Origin: an uncultured Actinomycetota bacterium
Lineage (GTDB): Bacteria > Actinomycetota > Actinomycetes > Streptosporangiales > Streptosporangiaceae
Direction of reading: 5' to 3'
Assembly: GCA_963850195.1 (NCBI GenBank)
Contig: CAWKKD010000003.1
Coordinates: 109,307-173,306 of the forward strand
Length of the DNA: 64,000 nucleotides
Below, piece after piece: positions 1 through 9,272 of this stretch (the first letter of the stretch is position 1; each line of letters begins with the position of its first letter). The notes under the pieces are model-generated. The model had not been told where the DNA came from and made no database searches. It saw only the letters and a list, made by a program, of their open reading frames with translations. Both the position numbers and the translations under genes were made by a program.

Positions 1-1
1 C

Positions 2-955
<954 letters not shown>

Positions 956-1002
956 CCAAGGAATAGTGCGAACCATGGCGACGCGGTAGCAGGATGGGCC
1001 CC

Positions 1003-1932
1003 ATGCTTTTGCGGATCTTCACTGAGCCCCAGCAGGGGGCGAGCTATGACACCCTGCTCCGCGTCGCCAAGGCCACCGAGGAACTCGGCTTCGACGCGTT
1101 CTTCCGCTCCGATCACTACCTGAAGATGGGGGACGTTCCCGGTACGCCGGGTCCGTCCGACGCGTGGATCACCCTGGCCGGCCTGGCCAGGGAGACGCAT
1201 GGCGTCCGTCTCGGGACCCTCGTGACCGCGGGGACGTTCCGGCTGCCGGGACCGCTCGCGATCTCGGTGGCCAACGTCGACGACATGAGCGGAGGACGCG
1301 TCGAGCTGGGCCTGGGCACCGGCTGGTTCGACGACGAGCACACCGCGTACGGGATCCCGTTCCCCGGCCTCGGAGAGCGGTTCGACCGCCTCGAAGAGCA
1401 GTTGGAGATCGTCACCGGGCTCTGGGAGACCGCCGTGGGCAAGACGTTCACCTTCGAGGGTGAGCACTACACGGTGACCGACTCGCCGGCGCTTCCCAAG
1501 CCGGTCCAGCGTCCCCGGCCGCCGATCATCATCGGCGGCGTGGGCGCCAAGCGCACGCCGAGGCTCGCCGCCCGGTACGCGGACGAGTACAACGTGCCGT
1601 TCCACTCGGTGGACGACACGCGGACCGCGTTCGAGCGCGTACGCGCGGCCTGCACCAACGGTGGCCGTCATGTCACGTCCATGACGCTCTCGGCCGCCCA
1701 GGTCGTGTGCTGCGGACGCGACGAGGCGGAGCTCCGGCGCCGCGCCGACGCGATCGGCCGGTCCGTGGAGGACCTGCGCGACAACGGCATCGCCGGTACG
1801 CCGGCCGAGGTGGTGGACCGGATCGGCAGGTTCGCCGAGCTCGGTGCCGAGCGGATGTACCTCCAGGTCCTCGACCTGGGCGACATCGACCATCTCGAGC
1901 TGCTGGCCCGCGAGGTACTCCCGCAGGTCTGA
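1003..1932 (+). CDS. LLM-class (luciferase-like) F420-dependent oxidoreductase
   Basis: N-terminus is MLLRIFTEPQQGASYDTLL...FFRSDHY, typical of this family. I prefer the ATG at 1003 (AGGA 8 nt upstream) over the ATG at 994. Confidence 0.85.
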   Translation: MLLRIFTEPQQGASYDTLLRVAKATEELGFDAFFRSDHYLKMGDVPGTPGPSDAWITLAGLARETHGVRLGTLVTAGTFRLPGPLAISVANVDDMSGGRVELGLGTGWFDDEHTAYGIPFPGLGERFDRLEEQLEIVTGLWETAVGKTFTFEGEHYTVTDSPALPKPVQRPRPPIIIGGVGAKRTPRLAARYADEYNVPFHSVDDTRTAFERVRAACTNGGRHVTSMTLSAAQVVCCGRDEAELRRRADAIGRSVEDLRDNGIAGTPAEVVDRIGRFAELGAERMYLQVLDLGDIDHLELLAREVLPQV

Positions 1933-1946
1933 TCGTTCTCGTGACT

Positions 1947-1977
1947 CACGCCGGAGAGCAGCGAGCTCTCCGGCGTG
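1947..1977 (+). terminator. Intrinsic-terminator-like hairpin after the LLM gene
   Basis: Perfect 13-bp stem CACGCCGGAGAGC / GCTCTCCGGCGTG with a 5-nt loop, 15 nt after the stop. There is no U-tract, which is common in actinomycetes. Confidence 0.6.
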
Positions 1978-2050
1978 ATCGCGGTTCGGGATGCGCTCCG
2001 GTGGAACGAAGTTCGTGACCGGTACGCTGTTCAGGAGATAGAGGTGTGCC

Positions 2051-2782
2051 ATGACAGGGACCGCCGAGATCCCGCCCCCGCCGTGGCGGCGTCCGCGCAA
2101 GGACGCCCGGCCACGTCGCCCGCTCAGCCAGGAGCTGATCGTCGACACCGCGATGCGGATCCTCGACGCGGAAGGGCTCGAGGCGCTCAGCATGCGCCGC
2201 GTCGCCATGGAGCTCCGTACGGGCCCGGCCTCGCTGTACGCGCACGTGGCCGGCAAGGACGAGCTGCTCGAGCTGATGATCGACCGAGTGGTCGGCGAGA
2301 TCGAGGTTCCCGCCCCCGACCCGGCGCGCTGGCAGGAGCAGATCGCGGAGTCCGCGCGCACCGCGCACCGCGTCTGGGCTCGCCACCCGGGCATCGCGCG
2401 CGCCGCCCTCGCCAACATCCCGGTCGGCCCCAACTCGCTGCGCTACGGCGAGGCGACGCTCGCGATCCTGCGGGCCGGCGGCGTACCCGACCAGGCCGCC
2501 GCGTGGTTCCTCGACCGGCTCGCGCTCTACGTGCTCGCCGACGCGTTCGAGGAGTCCCTCCACCGCGAACGCGGCCGGCACACGCCGGAGGCGGCCCAGG
2601 AGTACTTCGCCCAGATCCGCACGTACTACACGAGCCTGCCGCCCGACCACTTCCCGCTGATCACCTCGATGGTCGACCCCCTCATGTCCGGAGACGGCGA
2701 CGAACGCCTCGAATTCGGGCTCGACCTGATGATCCGCGGTCTCGCCTCGTACACGGAGACCCCGCCGGGCTCGAAGACATGA
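2051..2782 (+). CDS. TetR/AcrR-family transcriptional regulator
   Basis: N-terminal HTH LSMRRVAMELRTGPASLYAHVAGKDELL. GGAGATAGAGG RBS. The stop overlaps the next start (ATGA). Confidence 0.9.
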   Translation: MTGTAEIPPPPWRRPRKDARPRRPLSQELIVDTAMRILDAEGLEALSMRRVAMELRTGPASLYAHVAGKDELLELMIDRVVGEIEVPAPDPARWQEQIAESARTAHRVWARHPGIARAALANIPVGPNSLRYGEATLAILRAGGVPDQAAAWFLDRLALYVLADAFEESLHRERGRHTPEAAQEYFAQIRTYYTSLPPDHFPLITSMVDPLMSGDGDERLEFGLDLMIRGLASYTETPPGSKT

Positions 2783-3465
2783 CGCGCCCCGGCGTGGTGC
2801 TGGTGCACGGCCTCTACCACGACCCGCGGCACTTCGACCTGGTCGCGGGCGAGCTGCGCGCCGACGGGGTCCAGGTCGCCGTCCCGGAGCTGCATCGCGG
2901 CTCGCTCCCGGCCGACACCGAAGCGGTGCAGGCGGCCGTCGACGCCATGGACGGGCCTCCGGTGGTGCTCGGCCACTCCTACGGAGGATCGGTCATCACC
3001 GGCCTGTCGGGCGCCGGGCACCTGGTCTACCTGGCGGCGTTCGTGCCCGCGGAGGGCGAGAGCGCGGCCGGGCTGGGCGGCGCGACCGCGTTCCTCGGTT
3101 CGGCGATCTCGCGGGACGAGGACGGCGTGACACATCTGGACCCCGCGAAGGCCGTCGATGCGTTCTACGACGATGCCCCGGCCGAGCGGGCGGCCTGGGC
3201 GGCGTCGTTGCTGCGGCCACAGAGACCGGGCTGCGGCAGGGGGGTGCCGCGGCGTCACGCGTGGCGGAACACGCCTTCCACCTATGTGGTCTGCGCGCTG
3301 GACCGGGCGATCGACCCCGGGTTGCAGAGGGAGCTGGGCGGGCGATGCTCGCGCATGGTGACCTGGCGTACGAGCCATTCGCCCTTCGTCAGCCGGCCGG
3401 GGAAGGTCGCCGGTCTGCTGCGCGGCCTTATCGAGAGTGGCCACGGAAATCCAGTAGGGGACTGA
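2779..3465 (+). CDS. Alpha/beta-fold hydrolase
   Basis: VVLVHG start and GHSYGG nucleophile elbow. The ATG at 2779 overlaps the tetR stop. Confidence 0.8.
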   Translation: MTRPGVVLVHGLYHDPRHFDLVAGELRADGVQVAVPELHRGSLPADTEAVQAAVDAMDGPPVVLGHSYGGSVITGLSGAGHLVYLAAFVPAEGESAAGLGGATAFLGSAISRDEDGVTHLDPAKAVDAFYDDAPAERAAWAASLLRPQRPGCGRGVPRRHAWRNTPSTYVVCALDRAIDPGLQRELGGRCSRMVTWRTSHSPFVSRPGKVAGLLRGLIESGHGNPVGD

Positions 3466-3490
3466 GCGGACATCCGGGACACTGGCCGGC

Positions 3491-4849
3491 GTGCTACTGA
3501 CGATCACGACGACCGCGCGTCCTGCCACCGATCTCGGCTTCCTGCTGGTGAAGCATCCCGGGCGGGTGCAGGCGTTCGAGCAGTCGTTCGGGACCGCGCA
3601 CGTGTTCTACCCCGACGCCGATGAGGAACGCTGTACGGCCGCGCTGCTGCTCGAGGTCGACCCGATTCGCCTGGTCAAGGCGCGCCGGACGCCGGACTTC
3701 GCGCTCGGCCAGTACGTCAACGACCGGCCGTACGCCGCGTCGTCGCTGCTCGCCTCAGCGATGGCGAACGTCTTCCGCAGCGCGATGCGCGGGCGCAGCG
3801 CCGACCGGCCTGAGCTGGCGACCCGCCCGATCCCGCTGACCATCACGCTGCCGGCGCTGCCGTGCCGCGGTGACGAGGCCGTACGCCTGTTCGCGCCGCT
3901 CGGCTGGCGGGTCGACGCGCGGCGGGTGCCGCTGGACGAGGGGTTCCCCGAGTGGGGCGAATCCCGTTACGTCACCCTCACGCTCGAGGGCGAGGCGACG
4001 CTCGCCGAGGCGCTGAACCAGCTGTACGTCCTGCTGCCCGTCCTTGACCGCGCCAAGCACTACTGGGTCGCGCCGGACGAGGTCGACAAGCTGCTGCGGT
4101 CGGGCGAGGGCTGGCTCGCCGAACACCCCGAGCGCGACCACATCACCCGCCGCTACCTGGCCGGCCGCCGCGCCCTGGTCCGTACGGCGCTGGCCCGGCT
4201 CGCCGACTCCGAGGACGCCACGCAGGACGCGCTCGACCCGGACCCGGCCGAGGAGAGACCCCTGGCCGAACGCCGTATCGAGGCCGTGCTGGAGGCGCTG
4301 CGAGCGGAGGGCGCGTCGAGCGTCATCGACCTCGGCTGCGGCTCGGGCCGCCTGCTGTCACGGCTCATGGAGGACACGCGCTTCGGTACGGTCGCCGGTG
4401 CGGACGTCTCAGGGCGCGCCGTGCTCGCCGCGCGCCGGAGGTTCGACCCGGAGCGTACGCCGAGCGCGTGGCAGGAGCGGCTCACGCTGTTCACCGCCGC
4501 GCTGACGTACGCGGACGCGCGGTTCCACGGCCACGACGCCGCGGTGCTGATGGAGGTCGTCGAGCACGTCGACCCGTCGCGACTGGCGGCGGTCGAGCGG
4601 GTGGTGTTCGGCGACGCACGCCCGCGGGTGGCCGTGGTGACCACGCCGAACGCCGAGTACAACGTCCGCTACGAGGGCCTGACCGGCTACCGCCACCCCG
4701 ACCACCGGTTCGAGTGGACCCGCGCGGAGTTCGCCGCGTGGGCGGAAAGGGTCGCCGGGGCCCACGGCTACCGGGTCCGGTTCGTACCGGTCGGCGACGA
4801 GGACCCGAGTGTCGGCGCGCCGACCCAGATGGGGGTGTTCACCCGATGA
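3491..4849 (+). CDS. hen1: Bacterial Hen1, 3'-terminal RNA ribose 2'-O-methyltransferase (partner of Pnkp)
   Basis: N-terminus LLTITTTARPATDLGFLLVKHPGRVQAFE is characteristic of bacterial Hen1. SAM motif VIDLGCGSG. Metal motif MEVVEHVD...HRFEW. The stop overlaps the pnkp start (ATGA). Confidence 0.9.
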   Translation: MLLTITTTARPATDLGFLLVKHPGRVQAFEQSFGTAHVFYPDADEERCTAALLLEVDPIRLVKARRTPDFALGQYVNDRPYAASSLLASAMANVFRSAMRGRSADRPELATRPIPLTITLPALPCRGDEAVRLFAPLGWRVDARRVPLDEGFPEWGESRYVTLTLEGEATLAEALNQLYVLLPVLDRAKHYWVAPDEVDKLLRSGEGWLAEHPERDHITRRYLAGRRALVRTALARLADSEDATQDALDPDPAEERPLAERRIEAVLEALRAEGASSVIDLGCGSGRLLSRLMEDTRFGTVAGADVSGRAVLAARRRFDPERTPSAWQERLTLFTAALTYADARFHGHDAAVLMEVVEHVDPSRLAAVERVVFGDARPRVAVVTTPNAEYNVRYEGLTGYRHPDHRFEWTRAEFAAWAERVAGAHGYRVRFVPVGDEDPSVGAPTQMGVFTR

Positions 4850-7362
4850 CCGAGATCGTCATTCCGGAGCTGGCGCTGGTCGTCCTGGCCGGCGTGTCCG
4901 GCTCCGGAAAGTCCCACTTCGCGCGAAGGCACTTCGTGCCGACGCAGGTCGTCTCCTCCGACCGGTGCCGCGCGATGGTCTCCGACGACGAGAACGACCA
5001 GTCGGCCACCGAGGACGCCTTCACGCTGCTGAACCACATCGTGGCCACCCGGCTGCGCCGCGGCCTGCTGACCGTCGTCGACGCGACCAACGTGCAGGAA
5101 CGGTCCCGGCAGAGCCTCGTACGGCTCGCCAAGGACCACGACGTGCTCGCGGTCGCCATCGTGCTCGACGTGCCGGAGTCGGTCGCGAACGAGCGCAACG
5201 CCGCGCGTACGGACCGGTCGCTGCCCGACCACGTCGTGCCGCGCCAGCGCCGCGAGCTGAAGCGCGGCCTGGGCCGGCTCGGCCGGGAGTTCAAGCGGTC
5301 CTACGTCCTGCGCGACGAGATCGACGACGCCGTGATCAGGTACGAGCGCGCGTGGCCGGACCGGCGCGAGCTGACCGGGCCGTTCGACCTGATCGGCGAC
5401 GTCCACGGCTGCCGAACCGAGCTGGAAGAGCTGCTCGCCGAGCTGGGCTACGCCGTCGAACGTGACGCGCGGGGCCGCGCGGTCGGCGCCGCGCACCCGC
5501 TGGGCCGTACCGCGGTCTTCCTCGGCGACCTGGTCGACCGGGGGCCGGACACGCCGGGCGTGCTGCGCCTCGCGATGGGCATGGTCGCCGCGGGCACCGC
5601 GCTGTGCGTGCCCGGCAACCACGAGAACAAGCTGGTGCGCGCGCTGAGGGGCAACCGGGTCTCGGCGCGCCATGGCCTCGCCGCGTCGCTGGAACAGCTC
5701 GCCGCCGAGTCCGAGGAGTTCCGCGCCGAGGCGCTGGAGTTCATGGACGGGCTGGTCAGCCACCTCGTCCTGGACGGCGGGCGGCTCGTCGTCGCGCACG
5801 CCGGGCTGAAGGAGGCGTACCAGGGCCGCGCGTCGGGCCGGGTGCGGTCCTTCGCACTGTACGGCGAGACGACCGGCGAGACCGACGAGTACGGCCTGCC
5901 GGTGCGCTATCCGTGGGCCAACGACTACCGGGGTGACGCGATGGTCGTCTACGGCCACACGCCGGTGCCCGTGCCGGAATGGGTGAACAGGACGCTGTGC
6001 GTCGACACCGGCTGCGTGTTCGGCGGCCGGCTGACGGCGCTGCGCTACCCCGAGCGCGAGCTGGTCTCCGTACCCGCGCACGAGGTCTGGTACGAGCCGG
6101 CGCGCCCGCTCGCCGGCCCGCCGCGCGAACCCGGCGTGCTGCGCCACGACGACCTCACGGGTGCGGTCGAGACCCGGCTCATGGGCCGGGTCGGCGTACG
6201 GCCAGAGAACGCCGAACCGGCGCTCGAGGTGATGAGCAGGTTCGCGGTCGACCCGCGCTGGCTGGTCCACCTGCCGCCCACGATGGCCCCGGCCGACACC
6301 TCGGCGCTGGAGGGGTACCTGGAGCACCCGGCGGAGGCGTTCGCGGCGTACCGGAAGCAGGGCGTCACGCGTGTCGTGTGCGAGGAGAAGCACATGGGCT
6401 CGCGCGCCATCGTCGTCGTGACGCGGGACGCCGGCGTCGCCGCGCAGAGGTTCGGGGTCGAGGACGGCACCACGGGGGCGGTCTACACGCGTACCGGGCG
6501 GGCGTTCTTCCCCGAGCCGGGACGTACCGAGGAGTTCCTCTCGCGGGTACGCGCGGCGGCGGGCTTCGTCTTCGACGAGCTGGACACCGGCTGGCTGGTC
6601 CTGGACTGCGAGCTGATGCCCTGGTCGGCCAAGGCCGTCGAGCTGGTGCGCGACCAGTACGCGTCGACCGGCGCGGCGGCTCGCGCCGCCCTGCCGATGG
6701 CCTCGGACGTCCTGGCGCGCGCGGCGGGGCGCGGGCTCGACGTGGACGCGCTGCGCGACCGCGTACGGCGCCGGTCCGGCAACGCGTCCCTGTTCCGCGA
6801 CGCGTACGCGCGCTACTGCTGGCCGACGGACGGGCTGAAGGGCCTGCGGCTGGCGCCGTTCCAGGTGCTGGCGGGGGAGAAGCACGCCCACGCGACGCGC
6901 GACCACCTGTGGCACCTGGGGATCGCCGACCGGCTCGCCGAGGCCGACGAGCTGTTCGCGCCGACGAGGAGCCGCGTGGTCGACCTGTCCGGCGACGAGG
7001 CACCCGCCGTCGCCTGGTGGGAGGAGCTCACGTCCGGCGGCGGCGAGGGCATGGTCGTCAAGCCCGTGGACCCCGTGACCGAGCCCGACGGGGAGCGGCG
7101 CCGCCTCGTACAGCCCGGGCTCAAGTGCCGCGGCCGGGAGTACCTCCGGATCATCTACGGCCCGGACTACACCGAGCCGGAGTACCTCTCGCGGCTGCGC
7201 GGCCGGTCGCTGGGCCGCAAGCGGTCGCTCGCGATGCGGGAGTACGCGCTCGGCCTCGAGGCCCTCGAACGCCTCGCCGCCGGCGAGCCGCTGTGGCGCG
7301 TGCACCAGCCGGTGTTCGCGGTCCTGGCGCTCGAGTCCGAGCCCGTTGACCCGCGTCTGTGA
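4846..7362 (+). CDS. pnkp: Polynucleotide kinase-phosphatase Pnkp (kinase, 2',3'-phosphatase and ligase/adenylyltransferase domains)
   Basis: P-loop GVSGSGKS. Calcineurin-type phosphatase motifs DLIGDVHGC, GDLVDRGP and GNHE. Nucleotidyltransferase motif EEKHMGS. 838 aa. Confidence 0.92.
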   Translation: MTEIVIPELALVVLAGVSGSGKSHFARRHFVPTQVVSSDRCRAMVSDDENDQSATEDAFTLLNHIVATRLRRGLLTVVDATNVQERSRQSLVRLAKDHDVLAVAIVLDVPESVANERNAARTDRSLPDHVVPRQRRELKRGLGRLGREFKRSYVLRDEIDDAVIRYERAWPDRRELTGPFDLIGDVHGCRTELEELLAELGYAVERDARGRAVGAAHPLGRTAVFLGDLVDRGPDTPGVLRLAMGMVAAGTALCVPGNHENKLVRALRGNRVSARHGLAASLEQLAAESEEFRAEALEFMDGLVSHLVLDGGRLVVAHAGLKEAYQGRASGRVRSFALYGETTGETDEYGLPVRYPWANDYRGDAMVVYGHTPVPVPEWVNRTLCVDTGCVFGGRLTALRYPERELVSVPAHEVWYEPARPLAGPPREPGVLRHDDLTGAVETRLMGRVGVRPENAEPALEVMSRFAVDPRWLVHLPPTMAPADTSALEGYLEHPAEAFAAYRKQGVTRVVCEEKHMGSRAIVVVTRDAGVAAQRFGVEDGTTGAVYTRTGRAFFPEPGRTEEFLSRVRAAAGFVFDELDTGWLVLDCELMPWSAKAVELVRDQYASTGAAARAALPMASDVLARAAGRGLDVDALRDRVRRRSGNASLFRDAYARYCWPTDGLKGLRLAPFQVLAGEKHAHATRDHLWHLGIADRLAEADELFAPTRSRVVDLSGDEAPAVAWWEELTSGGGEGMVVKPVDPVTEPDGERRRLVQPGLKCRGREYLRIIYGPDYTEPEYLSRLRGRSLGRKRSLAMREYALGLEALERLAAGEPLWRVHQPVFAVLALESEPVDPRL

Positions 7363-7515
7363 GCGGCCGGCCTTCTTGGCTGACTTGCGGTGTTTTGTCG
7401 GGGTAAGCGATTTCGGAGGGGCGGGATATCGGGAAATTTCCGTCGCAGGAGGGCTGTGGGGTGGCTAGGGTGACGTCTTCTTAAATGCAGCAGCGAGCCC
7501 CATAGGGGACGTCAC

Positions 7516-9228
7516 ATGACTTGTGAAACGTGCGACGAGCACACGGACGAGGACCGCCCGGTCTGCCCGGCGTGCGACGAGCGAGGCCCGGCTGAGGCGG
7601 AGTCAGAGGTCGTGTCGGAGGTCGTGTCGGAGGCCGAGGCCAGCGCCGACACGAGGCCGCCCGAAATCGACGGCCGTCCGTCGGACGACCCCACCGAGAC
7701 GGGCCCGAACGACACCGTCCCGGCCGGAGCGAGCTCAAGCGACGGCACGGGTCCGGGTGACGCCGTCCTGGCCGGGGCGGGTCCGAACGTCGGAGACCCG
7801 GCCGGGGCGGGTCCGAACGGTCGTGGTCCGGCCGAGTCCGGGGGCCGTAGCGGCTCGGCGCCGACCCGTCCAGGCGGCGTCCCGATCTCGGCGGCGCCGA
7901 TCGGCCTAGGTGGCGTTCCGGTCGCGTCCGCGCCGAACCCCGGTGGTCCGGTCGCGGCAGGGGCGTACGGCGGCGGTCCGGTTCCGCCCGGTCCCCCTCC
8001 GCCCCCTCCGCCTCCTCCTACGCCGCCCTTGTGGGGTTCGCACTCGCCGTACCCTCCCGGCCCCGGTCCCGCGCAGATGCCGGGCGCGGTGCCGGCACGG
8101 CGTGCGGTGTTCGAGCGTCGGCCGCCTCGGTATCCGTCGGCTTCGTCATGGCTGCTGGCCGGGATGACCCGCAACCCGCGCGGGACCGCGGCCGCGCTGC
8201 TGTGCGCGTGGCTGAACGTGCCGCTCGCGATCTTCGGTGCACTGGCCGGGGCGGTCGTCGGTGCCTGGGGTGGGTTCCTCGGCGGTGGGGTGAAGGCGCT
8301 GGGCCTGCCCGGTGTCGACGCGATGCCCGGCCAGGTGTTCCAGATCGGGGGCATGATCGGGGCGATCGTCGGGGCGGCCGTCGGTCTGGTGGGTGGGTTC
8401 CTGGTGGGCCTGTTCGGCCCCTGGTACGAGCTCGCGTCCGCTGACCTGGCCAAGACGATCGTCCTGCTGATCGTGCAGTTGGCCGCCGGGCTGACCCTCG
8501 GCGTGCTCTACACCGTCCACCACGCCGCCACGGAGGGCGTACGGCTCAGGATCGCCGGTGCCCGACGGCTCAGCCGCCGCGAGGCGGAGTTCCTGATGCC
8601 GATCGTGCACGAGTGCGCGCACCGGCTCGGGCTGACCGGACTGCCGAAGGTCCTGATCGACGATCGCCGCGACGTCAACGCCTACGCGGCGACGCTGCAC
8701 ATCGTGGTCAGGCGTGGCCTGCTGGAGGAGTTCGGCTATGACCGGGAGGTCGTGGCCGGTGTGGTCGCCCACGAGCTGGGCCACTGGAACAACGCCGACC
8801 CCATCGCGAGGGCCTTCGCACGTGGCGTGGCGCTGCCCCTGTACGTGACCTTCGGGGCCGCCGCGTGGCTGTTCCAGGCGTTCCGGCATCCCATGGTGCG
8901 GCTCGCCCTGTGGGCGGTCGCGTGGCCGATCCTGATCACCGTGCGGTACATCGTCGTGCCGCTTCAGGCGGCCGACGCGCGGGCCGCCGAGTACCGCGCC
9001 GACCAGGCGGCCGTGAGCGCGGGACACCGCGTGGGAATCCGGCGATGCCTGAGCAGGATTCGGCACACGATCGACGCCGGGCAGACCGGCTGGGACGAGG
9101 CGATCTGCCGGAGCCATCCGGCGACCGAACTCCGGCTCGAGGCTCTGGAGGAGCCCGGCGGGACGTACCCGCTGCCGGACGAGGACGCTCCGCCACGGCC
9201 GCTGCCCGTCATGGTCGCCCAGGCCTGA
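7516..9228 (+). CDS. M48-family (HtpX/Ste24-like) zinc metallopeptidase with an N-terminal zinc ribbon, a long Pro/Gly-rich disordered linker and Gly-rich TM segments
   Basis: CETC-x10-CPAC at the N-terminus. HELGH plus a downstream EYRAD. Multiple hydrophobic segments. AGGGGA RBS. Confidence 0.8.
   Translation: MTCETCDEHTDEDRPVCPACDERGPAEAESEVVSEVVSEAEASADTRPPEIDGRPSDDPTETGPNDTVPAGASSSDGTGPGDAVLAGAGPNVGDPAGAGPNGRGPAESGGRSGSAPTRPGGVPISAAPIGLGGVPVASAPNPGGPVAAGAYGGGPVPPGPPPPPPPPPTPPLWGSHSPYPPGPGPAQMPGAVPARRAVFERRPPRYPSASSWLLAGMTRNPRGTAAALLCAWLNVPLAIFGALAGAVVGAWGGFLGGGVKALGLPGVDAMPGQVFQIGGMIGAIVGAAVGLVGGFLVGLFGPWYELASADLAKTIVLLIVQLAAGLTLGVLYTVHHAATEGVRLRIAGARRLSRREAEFLMPIVHECAHRLGLTGLPKVLIDDRRDVNAYAATLHIVVRRGLLEEFGYDREVVAGVVAHELGHWNNADPIARAFARGVALPLYVTFGAAAWLFQAFRHPMVRLALWAVAWPILITVRYIVVPLQAADARAAEYRADQAAVSAGHRVGIRRCLSRIRHTIDAGQTGWDEAICRSHPATELRLEALEEPGGTYPLPDEDAPPRPLPVMVAQA
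7606..7629 (+). repeat. 2 x 12-bp perfect tandem duplication (gaggtcgtgtcg) encoding EVVSEVVS
   Basis: Read directly. It lies inside the disordered linker of the M48 protein. Confidence 0.9.
7771..7830 (+). repeat. 2 x 30-bp imperfect tandem duplication. The first 19 nt of each unit (gccggggcgggtccgaacg) are identical.
   Basis: Read directly. It encodes AGAGPNVGDP / AGAGPNGRGP. Confidence 0.85.
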
Positions 9229-9272
9229 GCCCCATCAAGACGCCCCGGCGTACGCAAGGAGTTAGTGAGACC

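Noticed and set aside
4768-7305. 845-aa minus-strand ORF, plus 456-aa and 218-aa alternative plus-frame ORFs, across pnkp
   Set aside because: They are antisense or out of frame relative to an unambiguous Pnkp with all catalytic motifs. Their products are Arg/Pro/Ala-rich low-complexity sequence.
7606-7830. Short tandem repeats checked as possible CRISPR or minisatellite
   Set aside because: There are only two units each. They are in frame inside a coding low-complexity linker and lack a spacer architecture. No repeat-spacer array exists anywhere in the window.
8865-9272. N-terminal 136-codon extension of the 541-aa track ORF
   Set aside because: It overlaps the 3' end of the M48 gene in another frame. 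The ATG at 9273 has a good AAGGAG RBS and starts directly at the zinc ribbon.
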